This document shows, piece after piece, positions 51,276-62,137 of a stretch of 64,000 nt of DNA. This DNA comes from Alphaproteobacteria bacterium (GTDB lineage Bacteria; Pseudomonadota; Alphaproteobacteria; SHVV01). The stretch is from the NCBI GenBank assembly GCA_965261735.1, contig OZ253470.1:4192001-4256000 (forward strand), given 5' to 3'. The translations under genes were made by a program, and so were the position numbers. The notes beneath the pieces were generated by a model. The model saw only the letters and a program-made list of their open reading frames with translations. It ran no database searches and was not told where the DNA came from. Positions within the stretch are counted from its first letter, which is position 1. Each line of letters opens with the position of its first letter.

Positions 51276-51492
51276 GATGAGGCGGATGTCGGCGCGGGCG
51301 CTTATGGGGGCCATGGCGCTGCTCTGGGTCTCCGCCTGCGCGGGCGGTCAGGTTTGGTACGAAGAGCGCTGTAGCAGCCTTGGGTTTAAGACGGGCACGG
51401 CGGAGTTCGTCCAATGCCTGCAGCGAGAGAAGGCCTGGATCGAACCGACCTCGCGGCGCGCCCAATATGATTCGCGAGGTGACGCCCCCTAG
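51276..51492 (+). CDS. Small putative lipoprotein
   Basis: Lipobox VSAC; C..LGF..GT..F..CL motif. Confidence 0.55.
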
Positions 51493-51780
51493 CGGGCCGC
51501 CCCGCAACGGTCCGGTTCGCACCACAACGGATGATAGCCATGGCGTCTCCGGCCGTTGCCGAAAGTCCGGCTCCCGACATCAACTGGAACAATCTGTGGT
51601 GGATCGCGATCCTCCTGGTCGTCCTGATCGTGGCGATCCGCGTCGAGAACTTCTGGTTCCTCAACTTCATTCACGTCTTCGCCGGCCTTTTGTGGACGGG
51701 CATCGACCTTTTCATGGGTTTCGTGATCGGCCCGATCATGCGAAGTCTTGGCGCCGAGGCCCGCCGCGCCATGATCGTTC

Positions 51781-52885
51781 CTTGCCTATTCGGTTAACGC
51801 CCATGACCGCTACATGTAGGGTGCCACCACTCTCCCGAGTAAAGCTCGGCATAGGTTGGAGCAGAGGTGTCGCCCGCGATGCCGAGCAATGAGCGGAAGG
51901 CGTTGAACGGGTAGAACCGCCTGTTGAAGCGGAAGGTGAACTCGTTGAGGTAGGCTTGTAGGTGCTGGTGGCTAACGCCGTGGTGGATACCGATCAGCCA
52001 CGTCTTCAGGTTGGCGAAAACCAGATGGATGATCGGCAGGTATTGCTCGGCAACCTCTGGATCACCACACTCGGCAACAGCGAAGTGCTCATAGCCGCGC
52101 TTACCGAGGCCAGCATAGCCGCTCCAATCGTCAGTAACGATCAGCGATCGCGGCGCGACGGTGCTCTCGACGAACCCACAGAGCGACTCGGCGCTACGGT
52201 CGAGCACGACGGCGAGCCGAACGCGTCCGGCATAGCGTCCGTCTTTCCGGTTGTCGAGCTTGGTGCCCGGCTTTCGATGACGCACCTCGATGGCACAGGA
52301 GACGGGAACCTTGTGGTGAACACCACGGCCTTCCCCACGCGTTCGCCCGCCAACCCAGGTTTCGTCCACCTCAACATGGTTCTTGGGCTGTCCACCGATC
52401 CTGTCTTGGTTGGGCCGCACCATGCCCGAGCGGAGCTTGTGGAGAATTTGAAAGGCCGTCTCGTAGCGCGAAAGACCAAGTTGCCGCTGAAACTGCACGG
52501 CGGACATGCCGGGCGTCTGACTGGCGACCAGATAAGCGGCCCAGAACCAGACGTTCAGCGGAGTGTGGCTACGCTCCATCACTGTTCCCACCGTCAGCCC
52601 GGTGTTCTGGCGGCACTTGCGGCAGCGCAGGACGCCAGGGCGGTTTTCAAAGTGGAACGGCTCTCCCGCCGTGCCGCAGTGCGGGCAGGCAAAGCCGTCT
52701 CCCCAGCGGGCTTTCTCCAGGTAGGCGGCGCAGGCCGCATCATCGGGGAAAAGTCGCTGGAACTCGGGTAGCGAATGCGGGAATGGGAGATCGGCGCGGT
52801 CGAGAACATCCATGGCGCGCTCCCCTATATCCGGGTTGCGCCCATTCTAGCCCTAGTGGGTGTGGGTGTAAACCGGATAGGCAAG
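51781..52885 (-). mobile_element. IS1595-family element, copy 2 (1105 bp)
   Basis: Same IRs as copy 1; TSD GATCGTTC at 51773-51780 and 52886-52893. Confidence 0.92.
51794..52813 (-). CDS. IS1595-family transposase
   Basis: Differs from 23022-24041 at two visible residues (PGS/PRS, EWRH/EWWH). Confidence 0.92.
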   Translation of the reverse strand: MDVLDRADLPFPHSLPEFQRLFPDDAACAAYLEKARWGDGFACPHCGTAGEPFHFENRPGVLRCRKCRQNTGLTVGTVMERSHTPLNVWFWAAYLVASQTPGMSAVQFQRQLGLSRYETAFQILHKLRSGMVRPNQDRIGGQPKNHVEVDETWVGGRTRGEGRGVHHKVPVSCAIEVRHRKPGTKLDNRKDGRYAGRVRLAVVLDRSAESLCGFVESTVAPRSLIVTDDWSGYAGLGKRGYEHFAVAECGDPEVAEQYLPIIHLVFANLKTWLIGIHHGVSHQHLQAYLNEFTFRFNRRFYPFNAFRSLLGIAGDTSAPTYAELYSGEWWHPTCSGHGR

Positions 52886-53272
52886 GATCGTTCGTCTCAT
52901 GCCGCGCATGCTCTTTATCATGCCGACCGTCTCTATTGTGGCGACGATGGCGGGCTGGTTCCTGGCCGTTCAAGCCGGGTACATCGATCTACCCTACCCT
53001 CAGCTGTGGTGGGTGATTGGCGCGCTCGCGATCGTCACCATCCTGACCGTTCAGGGGCTGGGCCTCCTCCTGCCGACCAATATCCGCGTTTATCTCGAGA
53101 TGCGCAGTGACCATCCCGACATGGACAAGGTCGGCCGCCTGATGCGCATCTACATGTTCGTGATCGCCTCGCAAGGCATCATGCAACTCGCCATCATCGT
53201 CATCATGACGCGATTTGCGTCCGGCCTGTAGCCGCCGCTCCCGCGAAGAACCCAGGGCGCGCCGCCGCGAAT

Positions 53273-53493
53273 CGTCGGAATCCTTACACTCTCGACGTCG
53301 TCCGCGATCGCTTGGGGATAAGCGCGTCTAACCCCTTGTAATCCAACAGATAATATCAGAATCGTTGTGGCGGACTGCAGGGCGCGGCGGCGTCACGACC
53401 GTTAGGATTGTTTACACTTCGCGTGGTCCAACCGGTCTCGATACCGTAACTCATTGAATCTTAAGGAACCGCGCCCTTGGGCACGGTCCTTGC
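53273..53493 (+). promoter_or_regulatory. PEP-CTERM-type enhancer boxes, IHF site and sigma54 promoter
   Basis: CGTCGGAATCCTTACA (53273), CGTTAGGATTGTTTACA (53400), IHF-like TAACTCATTGAAT (53447), GGCAC-N5-TTGC (53480-53493). Confidence 0.65.
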
Positions 53494-53608
53494 GCTTAAT
53501 GCGCAGCGGACGGTTCGAGTTGCCCGGGTGCCTCAAGTGTAACGGGCGTCACAGTGCAGCCGAGGTGATGCGTGCAAATGTACGGTACCAAAAAGAAGGT
53601 TCGCCCTC

Positions 53609-54613
53609 ATGCGTAGCCCCGACGGCCTTCATGTGCCTTCCATGGCGCTGGTCGCGTTGCTCGTTTCGGCGCCGGTGCTCGCCGCACCGTTCTCGGTCGA
53701 CGGCGACCTCAGCGACTGGGGCATCGTCGTCGGCGACGGTTCGGCCACCACGCTGGACAGCATCATCGGTGACCCCGGCGGCCTGGTCGTCAACAACACC
53801 AACGGGGGCGTGGGCACGGACTATTCGGGCCTCGCACTGGGCGGCGGCATCTGGACGTTCGCGGTCGAAGACACCAACGATTCGCGCGACAACTACGCGG
53901 TCGGCCCCAACTATGGCGGCCAGAACTACGATATCGAATTCATCGGCCTGGCACGCGAAGCGGACAAGATCTTCGTCGCTATTCTGAGCGGGCTGAGGCC
54001 GGACAATTCGCCCAACAACACCACACCCGATTCGCGCTACTTCGGTCCCGGTGACATCTTCATCCGCTCCGATGACCTCGCCAAGGACTTCGTTCTCGAG
54101 GCTGGAGGCGGGCCTTCGGGCGTAAGCGGCGGCACGTCCACGACCGAAGGCGATGCCGGGTCGGACTACACATTGAATAGCAGCGGTTTCACGACCGCGC
54201 ACGCGACCTCACACGCGGATCAGAAAGTGGGGACGCTTTGGGAACGCAGCGACGTCGACGTGGTCCTGGATCCCATCACGCCCAAGCTCGATGCCCAATT
54301 CAGGGTCAAGACCGGTAGTGGTGGCGCGGCGCTCGGAACCGCCGTAGCGACGGCCGACTACGAGTTCACGCTGAACACGGTTACGGCGACGCATTCCATC
54401 ATCGAGTTCTCGCTGCCGCTGAGCGTCTTCTACGCCGATGTCAACGACCTCAGCGAACTGATCCACTTTACCTTTGGACCCTCGTGCGGCAACGATACGT
54501 TGACCACCTCCGGTACGCCGCCCAGCATACCGGAACCCGCGAGCCTGATCCTGCTCGGCATCGCGCTCGGTGGCCTTGGCTTCGTCGCACGGCGGCGCCG
54601 CCGCTCGAGCTGA
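53609..54613 (+). CDS. PEP-CTERM sorting domain protein
   Basis: Signal peptide, DGDLSDW, G/T/D-rich body, IPEPASLILLGIALGGLGFVARRRRRSS tail. Confidence 0.9.
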   Translation: MRSPDGLHVPSMALVALLVSAPVLAAPFSVDGDLSDWGIVVGDGSATTLDSIIGDPGGLVVNNTNGGVGTDYSGLALGGGIWTFAVEDTNDSRDNYAVGPNYGGQNYDIEFIGLAREADKIFVAILSGLRPDNSPNNTTPDSRYFGPGDIFIRSDDLAKDFVLEAGGGPSGVSGGTSTTEGDAGSDYTLNSSGFTTAHATSHADQKVGTLWERSDVDVVLDPITPKLDAQFRVKTGSGGAALGTAVATADYEFTLNTVTATHSIIEFSLPLSVFYADVNDLSELIHFTFGPSCGNDTLTTSGTPPSIPEPASLILLGIALGGLGFVARRRRRSS

Positions 54614-54715
54614 CGACCCGCAGCGCACGGACCTCAACTGGCGCCCGGCCAGTCGACCACCGCACTCGGCGCCCTCCCAACAACCTCTGATGCGAGCCCA
54701 CGCCAGGGGCGCCCT

Positions 54716-55903
54716 GTGACTCCCGGCGGGCACGGAGCGCGCAGTAGCGCAGCCGCGACAAAGCGGAGGAGGGTGGTCTACGGCTTGCTCGCTATTTGTT
54801 TGGCGGTCGTCGTGGGCTTCGCACTCGCCGAAGTCGGGACGCGCGCACTTGCGCCCGCGAGCGGCAGTGCCGGTACGCTCGACCCGGGGCTATTCCGCTA
54901 CGATGCGCGCCTCGGCTGGCGGTTGTCGCCGAACTGGTCGGGCAGGCACGTTCACGAGGCTTATTCCGCCGCCTACGCCACCAATCGCCATGGCTTTCGC
55001 GGCACGTTCGAGCGCGCCCGCGCACCCGGCACCACGCGCCACGCGTTTCTGGGCGACAGCTTCACCTTCGGCTTCGGCGTCGATGACGGCCACACGTTCG
55101 TCGACCTGTTGAACGCGGGTGGCCGCGGCGTGTCCTACCTCAATTTCGCCGTGCCGGGCTACAGCACGGATCAGCAAGCGCTGCTGCTCGCCGATACGGT
55201 CCTGGATTTTGCGCCCGAATCGGTTCACGTCGTCGTTTATCTCGGCAACGACATTTTTGACAATCAGCGCGACATCCCGATCCAGGGAAACGCGCGCAAG
55301 CCCCGTTTCGTCAACAGTCCCGGTGGCCTTGCGCTCGAGGGCGTACCGGTGCCGCGGGGTGCGCTACCGGTGGCTGACGCGGCTGGCGGCTTGCGCGCTA
55401 TCATTTTCGGCGAGGACGCATCCCTCGGCCCGCTCGGGAGCTGTGTTCGGCTGGTCCGCACTGTACCGGCGGGCCGAGCCCCTTCTTCACAGGCCGAGCG
55501 ACCTCGACGCTCACTTCGAGCGCAACTTCGCCGAGGCCCTCGATCTCTTCGCGGCAATCACCGTGCAGGCGCGAGATGGGGCGGCGGCGGCCGGCGCGAG
55601 CTTCGGGCTCGTCCTCATGCCGGGGCCGTCGTTCATCACCAGGCCGCGCTCCGTTTCGGCACGGTTCCAGAATTATCTACGGCGCACGATCGTTGAGCGT
55701 AGCGAACGACTCGGCATCCCTGTCGTCGATCTCGCCGGGCTGTTGCGCGAGCGCCATGAGCGCGCACCGGGAGTCTGGTTTTTCCCCGCGAGGGCCACCT
55801 CACCGTGGAGGGGCATTGCGTTGTCGCCGATGAATTGTTCCGGCGCATGTTCGGCGGCGGCCAGGGCAGCGACAACGCGCCTGGCCAGACTTGCACGCCC
55901 TAG
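54716..55903 (+). pseudogene. SGNH/GDSL-like membrane-anchored hydrolase/acyltransferase with two frameshifts
   Basis: FLGDSFTFG, GYSTDQ, YLGND; shifts at ~55435 and ~55785 restore EGHLTVEGH. Confidence 0.7.
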
Positions 55904-56110
55904 GCCACCACGAAAACGCGCGGCGAGGCCGGAAACGGCTAGGCCGCGAACGCCCCGTAAGCTACAAATAGAGTTCCAGACCGAGCCACCGGGTTCCACC
56001 AGCGTCCTCTTAGGCGGCGACAGCCGTGGCTGGCGCTCCACGGCTCCGGGCGAGTCGCGGAGGGCTTGCACCACCGTCGGCTCGGCTATGGCGGCGGAAC
56101 GGGGGGCGAG

Positions 56111-56560
56111 ATGCCAACGTACGTCAATCCAAACAAGTGCGACGGGTGCAGGGCGCTCGACCGCCCGGCATGCATGTACATCTGCCCGATGGACCTGATG
56201 ACGCTCGATACGGCGACCGGCAAGGGGTTCAACCAGGAGCCCGACCTGTGCTGGGAGTGCTATTCCTGCGTCAAGATCTGCCCCAACAGCGCCATCGACA
56301 TGCGCGGCTATGCCGACGTGATGCCTATGGGGGCGGCGCTCAAGCCGGTGCGCGGCACACGCTCCATCATGTGGACCGCCCAGTATCGAGACGGCCGCAT
56401 CAAGCAGTTCAAGCTGCCGATCCGGAGCACGCCGTGGGGTTCGATCGTTCCCTTTCCGGATGACGCGCGGCCGAGCCGGATGGACGTCAAGTCGACGGCC
56501 CTCTTCGGCGAGGAAAAGTATCTCGGCGTGGACCGGCTTCCCGCGCCCGGGTCCGCGTAG
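56111..56560 (+). CDS. aprB: Adenylylsulfate reductase beta subunit
   Basis: MPTYV...CDGC...ACMYICP, CWECYSCVKICP, RGYAD, IMW, PIR.TP.GS. Confidence 0.92.
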   Translation: MPTYVNPNKCDGCRALDRPACMYICPMDLMTLDTATGKGFNQEPDLCWECYSCVKICPNSAIDMRGYADVMPMGAALKPVRGTRSIMWTAQYRDGRIKQFKLPIRSTPWGSIVPFPDDARPSRMDVKSTALFGEEKYLGVDRLPAPGSA

Positions 56561-56585
56561 TCCGGCGCGGCGTTTGGAAGGACCA

Positions 56586-58454
56586 GTGGATCAGCCTGAA
56601 ACCGAGGTCGTCGAGTGCGACGTCTTGATCGTCGGTGGCGGCATGTCCGGCTGCGGGGCTGCCTACGAGACCGCATTCTGGGCCAAGGAACAGGGCCTGC
56701 GCACCGTCGTGGTCGAGAAGGCGGCGATGGAGCGCAGCGGGGCCGTGGCCATGGGCCTCTCGGCCATCAACTGCTACATGGGCATGAAATGGGGCGAGAA
56801 CACGCCTGAGGATTTCGTTCGCTACGTCCGCAACGACCTCATGGGCCTGTCCCGCGAGGACTTGGTCTACGACATCGCCCGCCACGTCGACTCGGCGGTC
56901 CACATGTTCGAGGACTGGGGCCTGCCGTTCCTCAAGACCGAGGAGGGACGTTACGTCCGCGAGGGCCGCTGGCAGGTCATGATCCACGGCGAGTCCTACA
57001 AGCCCATCGTCTCCGAGGCGGCGAAGAAGGCGGTCGGCAACGACAACGTTTATCAGCGCATTTTCATCTCCCATCTGCTGAAGGACAGGCGCAACCCCAA
57101 CCGCATCGCCGGCGCAGTCGGCTTCAGCGTCCGCGACCCGAAGATCTATGTGTTCAAGGCGCGCGCGGTCGTGTGCGCCTGCGGCGGGGCAACCAACGTG
57201 TGGCGCCCGCATGCGGTGGGCGAAGGCCTGGGGCGGATCTGGTACTCGGTCTTCAACACGGGCTCGGTCTACAAGCTCATGCTCAACGCCGGGGCGGAGC
57301 TCAGCCAAATGGAGCACCGCCTGGTGCAGACCCGTTTCAAGGACGGCTATGGGCCGGTGGGGATGTGGTTCCTGCTGTTCAAATCGGTCGTCAAGAACGC
57401 CTACGGCGAGCGCTATGACGAGACCCGCGCGGCCGAGCTGGAGAAGTGGGCGCCTTACGGAACTGCGCATCCGGTGCCGACCCCATTGCGCAACCACCAG
57501 ATGCTGCAGGACATCTTCGCGGGGCGCGGCCCGCACTACATGCGCACCGATGAAGCCCTGCAACGGCTGTACGAGGGGCAGACGCCGGAGCGCATCCGCG
57601 AGATCGAGAGCGAGGCCTGGGAGGACTTCCTCGACATGACGATGTCCCAGGCCCTGCTATGGGCCGCCCACGGAATCGATCCGGCCGAGGACCCCTCCGA
57701 GCTCTCGATCACCGAGCCCTATCTGATGGGCTCGCACGCGTCGGGCTGCGGTGCCTGGGTAAGCGGTCCCGATGACGTCTCGCCGCCCGAATACCGCTGG
57801 GGCTACAACCGGATGACGACCGTCGAGGGCTTGTTCGCGGCCGGTGATGGCGTGAGTGGATCGGCGCACAAGTTCTCGTCGGGGTCCTTCACCGAGGGCA
57901 GGCTCGCAGGGAAAGCCGCGGTCGCCTACATCGCCGACCTGGGCGAGAGGCCCGAGGTTGACGACGCCGAGGTCGGCCGCATCACGCGCGAGCTTTGGCG
58001 CCCGGTGGAGGTCGCCGCGCAGGCGGGCCCCGCGACCTCGCACGAGGACGTCGAGGCCAAGTATTTTCTACCCAAGCTCGGGCTGTTCCGGCTGCAGAAA
58101 ATCATGGACGAGTACGCCGCTGGCCCGGGCGCCTACTACACGACCAATGAAGCAACCCTGAAACGCGGACTCCAGCTACTGGCCGAACTCAGGGCGGACA
58201 TGGAGAACCTGGGCGCGCGCGACCTCCATGACCTGCTGCGGTGCTGGGAACTTCGCGACCGCGTTCTGTGCGCGGAGTGCCACATCCATCACGTGCTGTT
58301 TCGCGAAGAGACGCGCTGGCCAGGCTATTTGTACCGCTCCGACCACCCCAAGCTCGACGAGGAGAACTGGAAGGTGTTCGTGAACTCGCGCTACGACGCC
58401 GATAGCGATACCTGGCACATGTCGAAGAAGCCCTTCATTCCCCTCATCGACTGA
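56586..58454 (+). CDS. aprA: Adenylylsulfate reductase alpha subunit
   Basis: RSGAVA.GLSAIN, DLMG..REDL, WQVMIHGESYKP, RFKDGYGPVG, YNRMTT, HKFSSGS, ETRWPGY. Confidence 0.92.
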   Translation: MDQPETEVVECDVLIVGGGMSGCGAAYETAFWAKEQGLRTVVVEKAAMERSGAVAMGLSAINCYMGMKWGENTPEDFVRYVRNDLMGLSREDLVYDIARHVDSAVHMFEDWGLPFLKTEEGRYVREGRWQVMIHGESYKPIVSEAAKKAVGNDNVYQRIFISHLLKDRRNPNRIAGAVGFSVRDPKIYVFKARAVVCACGGATNVWRPHAVGEGLGRIWYSVFNTGSVYKLMLNAGAELSQMEHRLVQTRFKDGYGPVGMWFLLFKSVVKNAYGERYDETRAAELEKWAPYGTAHPVPTPLRNHQMLQDIFAGRGPHYMRTDEALQRLYEGQTPERIREIESEAWEDFLDMTMSQALLWAAHGIDPAEDPSELSITEPYLMGSHASGCGAWVSGPDDVSPPEYRWGYNRMTTVEGLFAAGDGVSGSAHKFSSGSFTEGRLAGKAAVAYIADLGERPEVDDAEVGRITRELWRPVEVAAQAGPATSHEDVEAKYFLPKLGLFRLQKIMDEYAAGPGAYYTTNEATLKRGLQLLAELRADMENLGARDLHDLLRCWELRDRVLCAECHIHHVLFREETRWPGYLYRSDHPKLDEENWKVFVNSRYDADSDTWHMSKKPFIPLID

Positions 58455-58486
58455 CCGGGCGGGGAGGAGCGGCACGGCGCGTGACC

Positions 58487-60343
58487 ATGGACCGGCCGGC
58501 AAAGGAAGTGGTGGCGTGCGATGTCCTGATCGTGGGCGGCGGCATGGCCGGTTGCGGCGCCGCGTACGAGGCGGCGCGCGTAGCCAGGGACAAGGGCCTT
58601 AGGACGGTTCTGGTCGACAAGTCGACCATCGCTCGCAGCGGTGCGGTCGGCATGGGCCTGTCGACGATCAACTGCTACATCGGCGCCGAAGGCGGCGAGA
58701 ACACGCCCGAGGACTTCGTCCGTTACGTGCGCAACGACCTCATGGGTATCTCGCGCGAAGACCTAGTCATGGATATCGCGCGCACCGTGGACGCGGCGGT
58801 CCATCTGTTCGAGGACAAGGGTCTCAAGTTTGCCTCGGGCGGCGAGAACGGGCGTTACGCGCGCGCGGGCCGCTGGCAGGTCAAGATCGAAGGCGACTCG
58901 TACAAGCCGATCGTGGCCGACCTCGCCCGCGAGGCCCTCGGCGAGGACAACCTGTTCGAGCACGTCTTCATCTCCCATCTGCTCAAGGACAGGCGTGACC
59001 CGAACCGCATCGCCGGCGCCGTTGGCTTCGGTTTGCGCGAGCCCAAGATTTACGTCTTCACCGCCCGCGCGGTGATCTGCGCGTCCGGCGGCGCGACCGA
59101 CGTCTGGCGCCCGCACCGAATGAGCGAAGGCCTCGGCCGGTATTGGTACGCCGCGTTCAACTCGGGCTCGGTCTACCGGCTCATGCTCGAGGCCGGGGCC
59201 GAGATGAGCCAGATGGAGCACCGCCTCATCCAGACCAGGTTCAAGGAGGGCTACGGCCCCGTGGGCATGTGGTCGCTGCATCAGCGGGCGGCGGCCGAGG
59301 GCGTGTTTGGAGACGGCGCGGGAGAGGGCGACGACGGGTGGTTGCCATACGGCGCGGCCGATCCGACCCCAACGCCGGTTCGCAACTTCCAAATGATGCG
59401 AGGCATCTTCGCCGGGCGAGGTCCCTTCACCATGAGGGCCGACGAGGCGTTCCAGAGGCTCTATCGGGGCCAATCGCCGGAAAGCGTTGTCGGGCTCGAT
59501 GGGTGGGGCGACTTCCTCGACGGTACCACCAAGGCACAGGCGCTCGATTGGGCGGCCCAGCCCGTCGATCCCTCGGCGCCGGCGGAAGAGGTCTATCTGA
59601 GCGAGCCCTATCTGCTCGGCGCCCATGCGTCCGCGTGCGGCGCCTGGGTGAGCGGACCCGAGGACATCGCGCCGCCCGAATACCGTTGGGGCTACAACCG
59701 GATGACCACGGTTGCCGGGTTGTTCACCGCCGGCGACGGGGTTGGCGGCGCGGCCCACAAGTTCTCGTCCGGCTCGTTCGCCGAGGGCTCACTCGCTGGG
59801 AAAGCCATTCTCGCCTACGTTGCCGACCTGGCGGAAACGCCGGAGATCGACGACGGTGAGGTCAACCGGATCCAAGAGGATATCTGGGCGCCCTTCGCCG
59901 CCTACGAGGAGGGCCGCGGCGCCTCGTCGCGCGACGATGTCAACCCGAACTATCTCTTCCCCAAGATGGGGCTCCTGCGGCTGCAAAAGATGATGGACGA
60001 GTATGCCGGCGGCCCAGGCGCTTACTACCGGGTCAACGATCCGACGCTCGTGCGCGGGCTCGAGCTCCTTCAAACGCTCAAGGAAGACCTCGACAAGCTC
60101 GCCGCGCGCGACGTGCGCGAGCTACTGCGCTGCTGGGAGTTACGCGACCGCGTGCTGTCCGCCGAGTGCCACGTGCGCCACGTGTTGTTCCGCAAGGAGA
60201 CACGGTGGCCGGGCTACCTCTTTCGCCCCGACTACGCCAGCCTCGACGACGACAACTGGAAGGTGTTCGTCAACTCGCGCTACGACGCCGCCTCGGGCAC
60301 CTGGGAGATGTCGAAGAAGCCGGTAATTGCGGTGATCGACTAA
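58487..60343 (+). CDS. Second, divergent AprA-like flavoprotein
   Basis: Collinear paralog of 56586-58454 with substitutions and short deletions. Confidence 0.85.
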   Translation: MDRPAKEVVACDVLIVGGGMAGCGAAYEAARVARDKGLRTVLVDKSTIARSGAVGMGLSTINCYIGAEGGENTPEDFVRYVRNDLMGISREDLVMDIARTVDAAVHLFEDKGLKFASGGENGRYARAGRWQVKIEGDSYKPIVADLAREALGEDNLFEHVFISHLLKDRRDPNRIAGAVGFGLREPKIYVFTARAVICASGGATDVWRPHRMSEGLGRYWYAAFNSGSVYRLMLEAGAEMSQMEHRLIQTRFKEGYGPVGMWSLHQRAAAEGVFGDGAGEGDDGWLPYGAADPTPTPVRNFQMMRGIFAGRGPFTMRADEAFQRLYRGQSPESVVGLDGWGDFLDGTTKAQALDWAAQPVDPSAPAEEVYLSEPYLLGAHASACGAWVSGPEDIAPPEYRWGYNRMTTVAGLFTAGDGVGGAAHKFSSGSFAEGSLAGKAILAYVADLAETPEIDDGEVNRIQEDIWAPFAAYEEGRGASSRDDVNPNYLFPKMGLLRLQKMMDEYAGGPGAYYRVNDPTLVRGLELLQTLKEDLDKLAARDVRELLRCWELRDRVLSAECHVRHVLFRKETRWPGYLFRPDYASLDDDNWKVFVNSRYDAASGTWEMSKKPVIAVID

Positions 60344-60475
60344 GGGCGCGGAAAGGGCGTCTACCCATAAGTGCAGTTTGAATCTCAGTTTGGTTGGACT
60401 TTGACCGGTAAGCTCGCGCAATAAGCGTCGGTGCCGTTCTCTTTACCCGTCTTGTACGTGCCAATTCCAGTCCTT

Positions 60476-61855
60476 CGGTCGTGTCCCAGGACGTGGTGTA
60501 GGAGTTGTTGGAGCCTCTGTTAGCTGTGGGTAGGCGGCTTGCCGTAGCGACCGCCGAGAGTCTGGCGTAGGCAAGCCGGCTATCCACAGCGGAGGCCATC
60601 GCGGTTCCGGTTTAGGGTTGGGCTAGTGCAAACCAACCTAACCCGAAGGAGAACCACGATGACCCAGGACATGATGACCCTGCGCGCGCTTTTGGAGAAG
60701 AGCTCCGATGCCGATCTGCTTTGCGAGATGATCGGCTTCACGGCCGAGCCGCTGATGGCACTGGAGGTTGAGGGCCTGACCGGCGCCGCTCACGGCGAGC
60801 GCTCGGCGGATCGTATCACCCACCGCAACGGCGACCGCGACCGGTCCTGGGAGACGCGGGCCGGCACGGTCGAGCTGAAGATCCCGAAGCTGAGGAAGGG
60901 GAGCTACTTCCCGGGCTTCCTGGAGCCGCGGCGGATGGCCGAGAAGGCGCTGGCTGCGGTGATCCAGGAGGCCTACATCCAGGGCGTGTCGACCCGCTCG
61001 GTCGACGACCTGGTGCAGGCCATGGGCATGTCGGGCGTCTCCAAGAGCCAGGTCTCCAGGCTGTGCGGCGAGATCGACGATAAGGTCAACGGCTTCCTCG
61101 ATCGATCGCTGGAGGGCGACTGGCCCTATCTGTGGCTCGACGCAACCTATGTGAAGGTGCGCGAGGCCGGGCGCATCGTCTCGGTCGCGGTGACCGTGGC
61201 TGTGGCCGTCAACGACCAGGGCCGCCGCGAGGTCCTGGGCATGGCGATCGGCGCGTCTGAGGCCGAGGCCTTCTGGACCGAGTTCCTGCGCTCGCTGGCC
61301 CGGCGCGGGCTGCGTGGCGTGAAGCTGTTGATCTCCGACGACCACAAGGGTCTGAAGGCCGCCGCGACCCGGATCCTCGGCGCCACCTGGCAAAGATGCC
61401 GCGTGCACTTCGCCCGCAACCTGCTGGCCCATGCCGGCCGCCAGGGCCGGCGCGTCGTCTCCGCCTTCGTCGCCACCGCCTTCGCCCAGGAGGACGCCGA
61501 CAGCGCGAAGGCCCAGTGGCGTCAGGTCGCCGACCAGCTCAGGCCCAAGGTGCCCAAGCTGGCAGTTCTCATGGACGAAGCCGAGCACGACGTCCTCGCC
61601 TACATGACTTTCCCCAAGGAGCACCGCCAGAAATTGCACTCCACAAACCCGATCGAACGGCTCCATGCCGAGGTCAAGCGCCGCACCAACGTCGTCGGCA
61701 TCTTTCCCAACGAAGCCGCCATCACACGGCTCGTCGGCGCCATCCTTCTCGAGCAGAACGATGAGTGGGCCGTCTCAAGGAGATACATGACGCTGGAATC
61801 CATCGCTCCGCTGAGCGATGGTGTCCCCATCACGCTGCCCACCGTGGCAGCCTGA
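60476..61855 (+). mobile_element. IS256-family element (right end not identifiable)
   Basis: Probable left end GTCGTGTCCCAGGACGTGGTGTAG before the transposase. Confidence 0.7.
60659..61855 (+). CDS. IS256-family transposase
   Basis: [47 protein letters not shown]. Confidence 0.92.
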   Translation: MTQDMMTLRALLEKSSDADLLCEMIGFTAEPLMALEVEGLTGAAHGERSADRITHRNGDRDRSWETRAGTVELKIPKLRKGSYFPGFLEPRRMAEKALAAVIQEAYIQGVSTRSVDDLVQAMGMSGVSKSQVSRLCGEIDDKVNGFLDRSLEGDWPYLWLDATYVKVREAGRIVSVAVTVAVAVNDQGRREVLGMAIGASEAEAFWTEFLRSLARRGLRGVKLLISDDHKGLKAAATRILGATWQRCRVHFARNLLAHAGRQGRRVVSAFVATAFAQEDADSAKAQWRQVADQLRPKVPKLAVLMDEAEHDVLAYMTFPKEHRQKLHSTNPIERLHAEVKRRTNVVGIFPNEAAITRLVGAILLEQNDEWAVSRRYMTLESIAPLSDGVPITLPTVAA

Positions 61856-62137
61856 ACGTCCCGGGCGGGCGCCGTAGCCCGGCCCGGGGTTCGTGGGCGT
61901 TGCCAACGCCGCCACGATCCCGCACTCAGAACTCGCGACCCTCGGGCATGATACGAAAGTCGGGGCCATCGCTGGTGCGCGTCGGCGCGGTCGACGATGC
62001 GCAGACGGCACTGGCGGTGGTCGCCAAAGGAACGTGCCGACCGCGGCGAGGTCGTCATCGGCGACTCCAAGGGCGCCGGCGAGCTCGGATGAGGCGGCCG
62101 CCCAAGGGCGCGCCGCACCGATGCGACGCGCCGTCTC

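Larger units (their letters stand above)
51540..53231 (+). pseudogene. Membrane protein (DUF2269-like fold possible) split by IS1595 copy 2
   Basis: ...RRAMIV|RLMPRMLF... rejoins in frame after IS removal; HVFAGLLWTG TM motif. Confidence 0.75.
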
